DNA from: Chthoniobacteraceae bacterium
Lineage (GTDB): Bacteria; Verrucomicrobiota; Verrucomicrobiia; Chthoniobacterales; Chthoniobacteraceae
NCBI GenBank assembly: GCA_031409655.1
Contig: JANNXQ010000275.1
Location: forward strand, 1-10,967
Direction: 5' to 3'
DNA length: 10,967 nt
Positions 8,431-10,967 of this stretch are shown in pieces. How positions within the stretch are numbered: position 1 is the stretch's first letter; each line of letters starts with the position of its first letter. The notes beneath the pieces were generated by a model. The model did no database searches. It was not told the origin of the DNA and saw only the letters and a list, made by a program, of their open reading frames with translations. The translations under genes and the position numbers were made by a program.

Positions 8431-8688
8431 TTACCTCCGCAGGCCGTTGATCAGTTCGTCCAGCTTATCCGCGATCGCCTGCACTTTCCCCTGCGTCGGC
8501 GGGTCGCTCACCACCATCCGAAGCGTCCCCACTCCGTTAGTATTCGAGGAAGTGCCCGCGATGGCCGCCTCCACATCCGTTTGCAAGGCGCGCGTCTGCG
8601 TATCCGCATCCAGCGCCGTGAGCTGCCCCCGCATCACCGCGCTGGAGAGCGGGGAGTTATCGGCGGGTTGGTTTGGGTTATATGGCAT
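8431..8688 (-). CDS. Small hypothetical protein (85 aa; MPYNPNQPADNSPLSSAVMRGQL...SDPPTQGKVQAIADKLDELINGLRR), in frame with the upstream ORF
   Basis: ATG 8688 is preceded by an A/C-rich initiation region (CAACCTAACTCAAACACT). Composition is protein-like, with an amphipathic C-terminal helix. It forms the C-terminal part of track ORF 8431..9831. Confidence 0.6.
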   Translation of the reverse strand: MPYNPNQPADNSPLSSAVMRGQLTALDADTQTRALQTDVEAAIAGTSSNTNGVGTLRMVVSDPPTQGKVQAIADKLDELINGLRR

Positions 8689-8766
8689 AGTGTTTGAGTT
8701 AGGTTGAATGGTGATCATTCGCGGGCTGTTGCGCCTGGCAGTGGGTGGAAAGACTTCTCGGCCCAC

Positions 8767-8877
8767 GGTGGATGGCGCGCTCCGCCGCGCCATGACCCGC
8801 TCCGCGCGCCGCGCCACTCTGCGCAGCCGGGCCTGCGGCGAGCGTTGGGCATGGCGCGGCGGAGCGCACCATCCACC
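8767..8877. repeat. REP-like inverted doublet (REPIN-like)
   Basis: GGTGGATGGCGCGCTCCGCCGCGCCATG (8767-8794) and CATGGCGCGGCGGAGCGCACCATCCACC (8850-8877) are 27/28 complementary around a 55-nt spacer. Each arm is GTGG followed by an internal hairpin (ATGGCGCG-CTCCGC-CGCGCCAT). Confidence 0.75.
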
Positions 8878-8901
8878 TAGTCCGGGTATGGCAACAGGCG
8901 A

Positions 8902-9702
8902 ATAAGGTGAGACCGTTATTTTCAACACATCCGTCCAGTCGCCATTCGGCGTGCCTTTGTCCCAGAAGCGCAGCCGAAACTCCCGCATCTCCGGCTGGGT
9001 CGGGACCAGCAGCGGGCGCTGATCCACAAATGGGCTATGGGTCTCGATCGCCAGGAATTCCCACGGGCCACCGCGGCGCCCCTCGATATACACACCCATG
9101 TGCCCATACTTGAAAAAGCTCAGCCGCACGCATTGGCAGCCCGGGCCTTGCTCCACGCTGGCATTGACCTTGGGCGCCGGGTGGACCGTGGTATCCTCCG
9201 GGCCTTCGATCCCGAGGTCCGAGCCGATGGCTGGCGTGTAAGTGCCGGTCGCCTTGATCCGGATATTGAGCGCAAAGATCCGGTGGAGCAGCCCGGGCGG
9301 CGACGCCGTCACCCCCGCGGGCATGGGCGGCGCGGAAAATGTCGGCAGGACCTGCGGGGCCGTGCCTTCGCCGCTCAGCGCCGCATCCATGGCCTCGGTG
9401 GTGGCAGGCGTGAAAGTGCGCACGGCACTCACCCAGTCGCCGAGGAGATAGTTTGCCCATTTGGCATCGTTCACGGCGGCGCTCACTTCGCCGGACGCAA
9501 GACCGAGGGTGGGGCCGTGAATCGGGAGTTTGATCGAGTAATTCGCCAGCCAGCTAGCCTGGGCGGCGATACGGTTTAGATAATAGGCGGATCGTTTCAT
9601 GGTTTGTTTGTTCGGTTTTTTTCTGACGCTAAAATATTCGCCCGCGGGAGGCTCCGCTGCGTCCCAGTGGCCGCTATCCCAGGTGCCGGCATCCCAGGTC
9701 AT
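8902..9702 (-). CDS. Hypothetical protein (helical N-domain plus predicted beta-sandwich/FN3-like C-domain); no stop at the expected end, reads through to 8431
   Basis: ATG 9702 has GGAGG 6 nt upstream. An alternative ATG at 9600 follows an A-rich tract. Sequence: MTWDAGTWDSGHWD...MKRSAYY..RIAAQASWLANY...RIKATGTYTPAIGSDLGIEG...GVYIEGRRGGPWEFLAIETHSPFVDQRP...REFRLRFWDKGTPNGDWTDVLKITVSP, followed by TAT (8904-8902) and an Arg/Ala-rich repeat-derived stretch. Confidence 0.65.
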
Positions 9703-9841
9703 AGGAAGCCTCCGGTCCGCGCTGCTTTGCGCAAAGTTCGCCGGGTGGCTTGGTCCACCCAGTCTGAGCGGCGAGCACCAGCCAGTGCCGACCCGTGAAT
9801 ACCTTCCGGCGGATGGGCCACGGGCTGGCAAGACGGCCCCA

Positions 9842-9901
9842 CTCCTTCCGGGAGCACCGCTACTCCCGCCGGGAGTACCGCTCCTGCCGGGAGCGGAGCT
9901 A
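9842..9901. repeat. Three tandem copies of a 13-bp quasi-palindrome CTCCYKCCGGGAG
   Basis: CTCCTTCCGGGAG (9842), CTCCCGCCGGGAG (9863) and CTCCTGCCGGGAG (9881); spacings 21 and 18 nt. Confidence 0.65.
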
Positions 9902-10191
9902 CCCCCGACCCCGCGAATGTTACGCCGCTGGTCCGCGAGGCCACGCCCGCGACGGGGAAGGCTCCGCAGCCGGGCGACGTTGTTCCGGCGAGGCCGCAGG
10001 AAGCTATTGCCGCCGCGGCGGCGACTCTGGAAAGGTGCAGGAGGAGCAGGGGATGAAACATCGGGCTTGCCAGCTCCTCCGAGGACGATGCCAGCCCCGC
10101 CTTGTCAAACATCGTTGACGCGCGCCCTCCCCCCGGGCTTGGTGTAATCAAATGTGATGCAGATTCAGGACGGTGTCGGCCTTGCGGGCGG

Positions 10192-10407
10192 CCAAACGCC
10201 AAACTTCAAACCATGCCTATCCGGTTTGTGGCCAAGCTTCCTGAACTGGAGACAGAATTCACAGGATTTAGAGGATTCCAGGATTTCGCCAGAGGGAATC
10301 CTGTGAATCCTGCCAATCCTGATAATCCTGTCCAACTCCCCCGCAACTTGGCCACGAACCGGAAAGGCACGGTTTGGAGTTTGGAGTTTGGCGTTTGGAG
10401 TTTGGAG
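10192..10407. repeat. Nested palindromic composite element (heptamer arrays / 25-bp inverted repeats / nonamer arrays), MITE-like
   Basis: In order: (CCAAACN)x3 at 10192-10211; CATGCCTATCCGGTTTGTGGCCAAG at 10212-10236; ACAGGATTY-like x4 at 10252-10286; AATCCTGNN x4 at 10297-10332; CTTGGCCACGAACCGGAAAGGCACG at 10347-10371 (22/25 inverse of the left arm); (GTTTGGM)x5 at 10372-10407. Confidence 0.8.
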
Positions 10408-10465
10408 CATGCCGATCCGGTCTGTGGCCAAGCTTCCTGAACTGGAGACAGGATTCACAGGATTC
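10408..10465. repeat. Second, truncated direct copy of the element's left half
   Basis: The 58 nt at 10408-10465 match 10212-10269 with 4 differences (CATGCC(T/G)ATCCGGT(T/C)TGTGGCCAAGCTTCCTGAACTGGAGACAG(A/G)ATTCACAGGATT(T/C)). Confidence 0.85.
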
Positions 10466-10827
10466 GGGGGAAGCCATCACCTCAATTACCCTTGAACGCA
10501 CCAGATCGTATTACTTGCCTCGGAAAGTGAATTTATTTGATCCCCGCCTCCCGCCAAGGCGATCGGCGGGGAAAGAAGCGACGGAATATAGGCAGAAAGT
10601 GGGGGAGGGGGCAGTCGGTGAAAGCTGCGCTTTTTCCTTCGACGGAGATGGCCCGGCCCGACGAAAAATTGCCTCCAGCATTGCCCAGTGAGCAGCTTTC
10701 CCAGGCCGACCCGAATGGCCTGCGTGCCGCAGCCCCGCGCGCCAGCGCCTTCTTTTGCGTAAAAGGCCTTCACCGAGCGTTTTGTCATGGCGCAGCCAAG
10801 AACCAAGAACCACGAGCTAAGCCGCCC

Positions 10828-10967
10828 TCACAAATCATCCAACGGACTGGTAATCTCCCCCCGCATCGCCCGCGCCAGCTTCGTATAGATCTCGGTCGTC
10901 CGCACATCCGCATGGCCCAGCAGCTCCTGGATCGACCGGATATCCACCCCTCGGAGTAAAAGGTGCG
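10828..10967 (-). CDS. intI: Integron-integrase-like tyrosine recombinase, C-terminal fragment (5' part outside the window)
   Basis: Manual translation of 10965-10828: [45 protein letters not shown]. It shows box II LLGH, the catalytic Tyr in TTxIY and the C-terminal SPLD tail typical of IntI. Not in the ORF track. Confidence 0.8.
   Translation of the reverse strand, partial: HLLLRGVDIRSIQELLGHADVRTTEIYTKLARAMRGEITSPLDDL

Noticed and set aside
10150..10171. CRP-like site AAATGTGATGCAGATTCAGGAC
   Set aside because: Only the left half-site (TGTGA) matches; the right half lacks TCACA.
9599..10202. ORFs 9599..10147(+), 9699..10202(-), 9795..10118(+) and the 9703-9831 extension
   Set aside because: Pro/Arg/Ala-rich translations of repeat-containing GC-rich DNA with no domain-like features.
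8698..10336. Possible attC sites: GTTAGGT (8698), GTTGGGC (8844), GTCCAAC (10330)
   Set aside because: Each core-like heptamer lacks a complementary RYYYAAC/GTTRRRY partner at a suitable distance, so no cassette array is supported in this window.
10212..10432. CRISPR interpretation of the 25-bp repeated unit
   Set aside because: The copies alternate in orientation, the intervening sequences are themselves repeats of unequal length, and there are no cas genes in the window.
10102..10959. Short ORFs across the repeat element and antisense to intI (10102..10440, 10165..10458, 10268..10501, 10374..10691, 10486..10806, 10511..10813, 10537..10959)
   Set aside because: Their periodic peptides (QDSQD, NPANP, LEFGVW) simply mirror the 9-mer and 7-mer DNA repeats; the rest have no coding hallmarks.

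Overview
GC-rich bacterial window; the gene set and repeat style suggest Verrucomicrobiota or another PVC lineage (inference). The left ~8.2 kb is chromosomal backbone. It holds a minus-strand ABC exporter operon (permease, ATPase and a HlyD-type adaptor that the ORF track missed), a stand-alone MnmC/MnmD-like methyltransferase, a divergent stand-alone Lon N-terminal-domain gene, a secreted sialate O-acetylesterase, heptose-7-phosphate kinase (HldA/RfaE1) and an uncharacterised deoxyhypusine-synthase-like protein. The right ~2.6 kb is accessory and repeat-rich. One open frame (8431-9702, minus) looks like two unknown genes joined in frame across a REP-like inverted-repeat doublet. Next come short palindromic tandem repeats, a nested 7-mer/25-mer/9-mer palindromic MITE-like element with a partial second copy, and the 3' end of an integron-integrase-like tyrosine recombinase running off the right edge (also missed by the ORF track). 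No rRNA, tRNA, CRISPR array or complete attC site was found.
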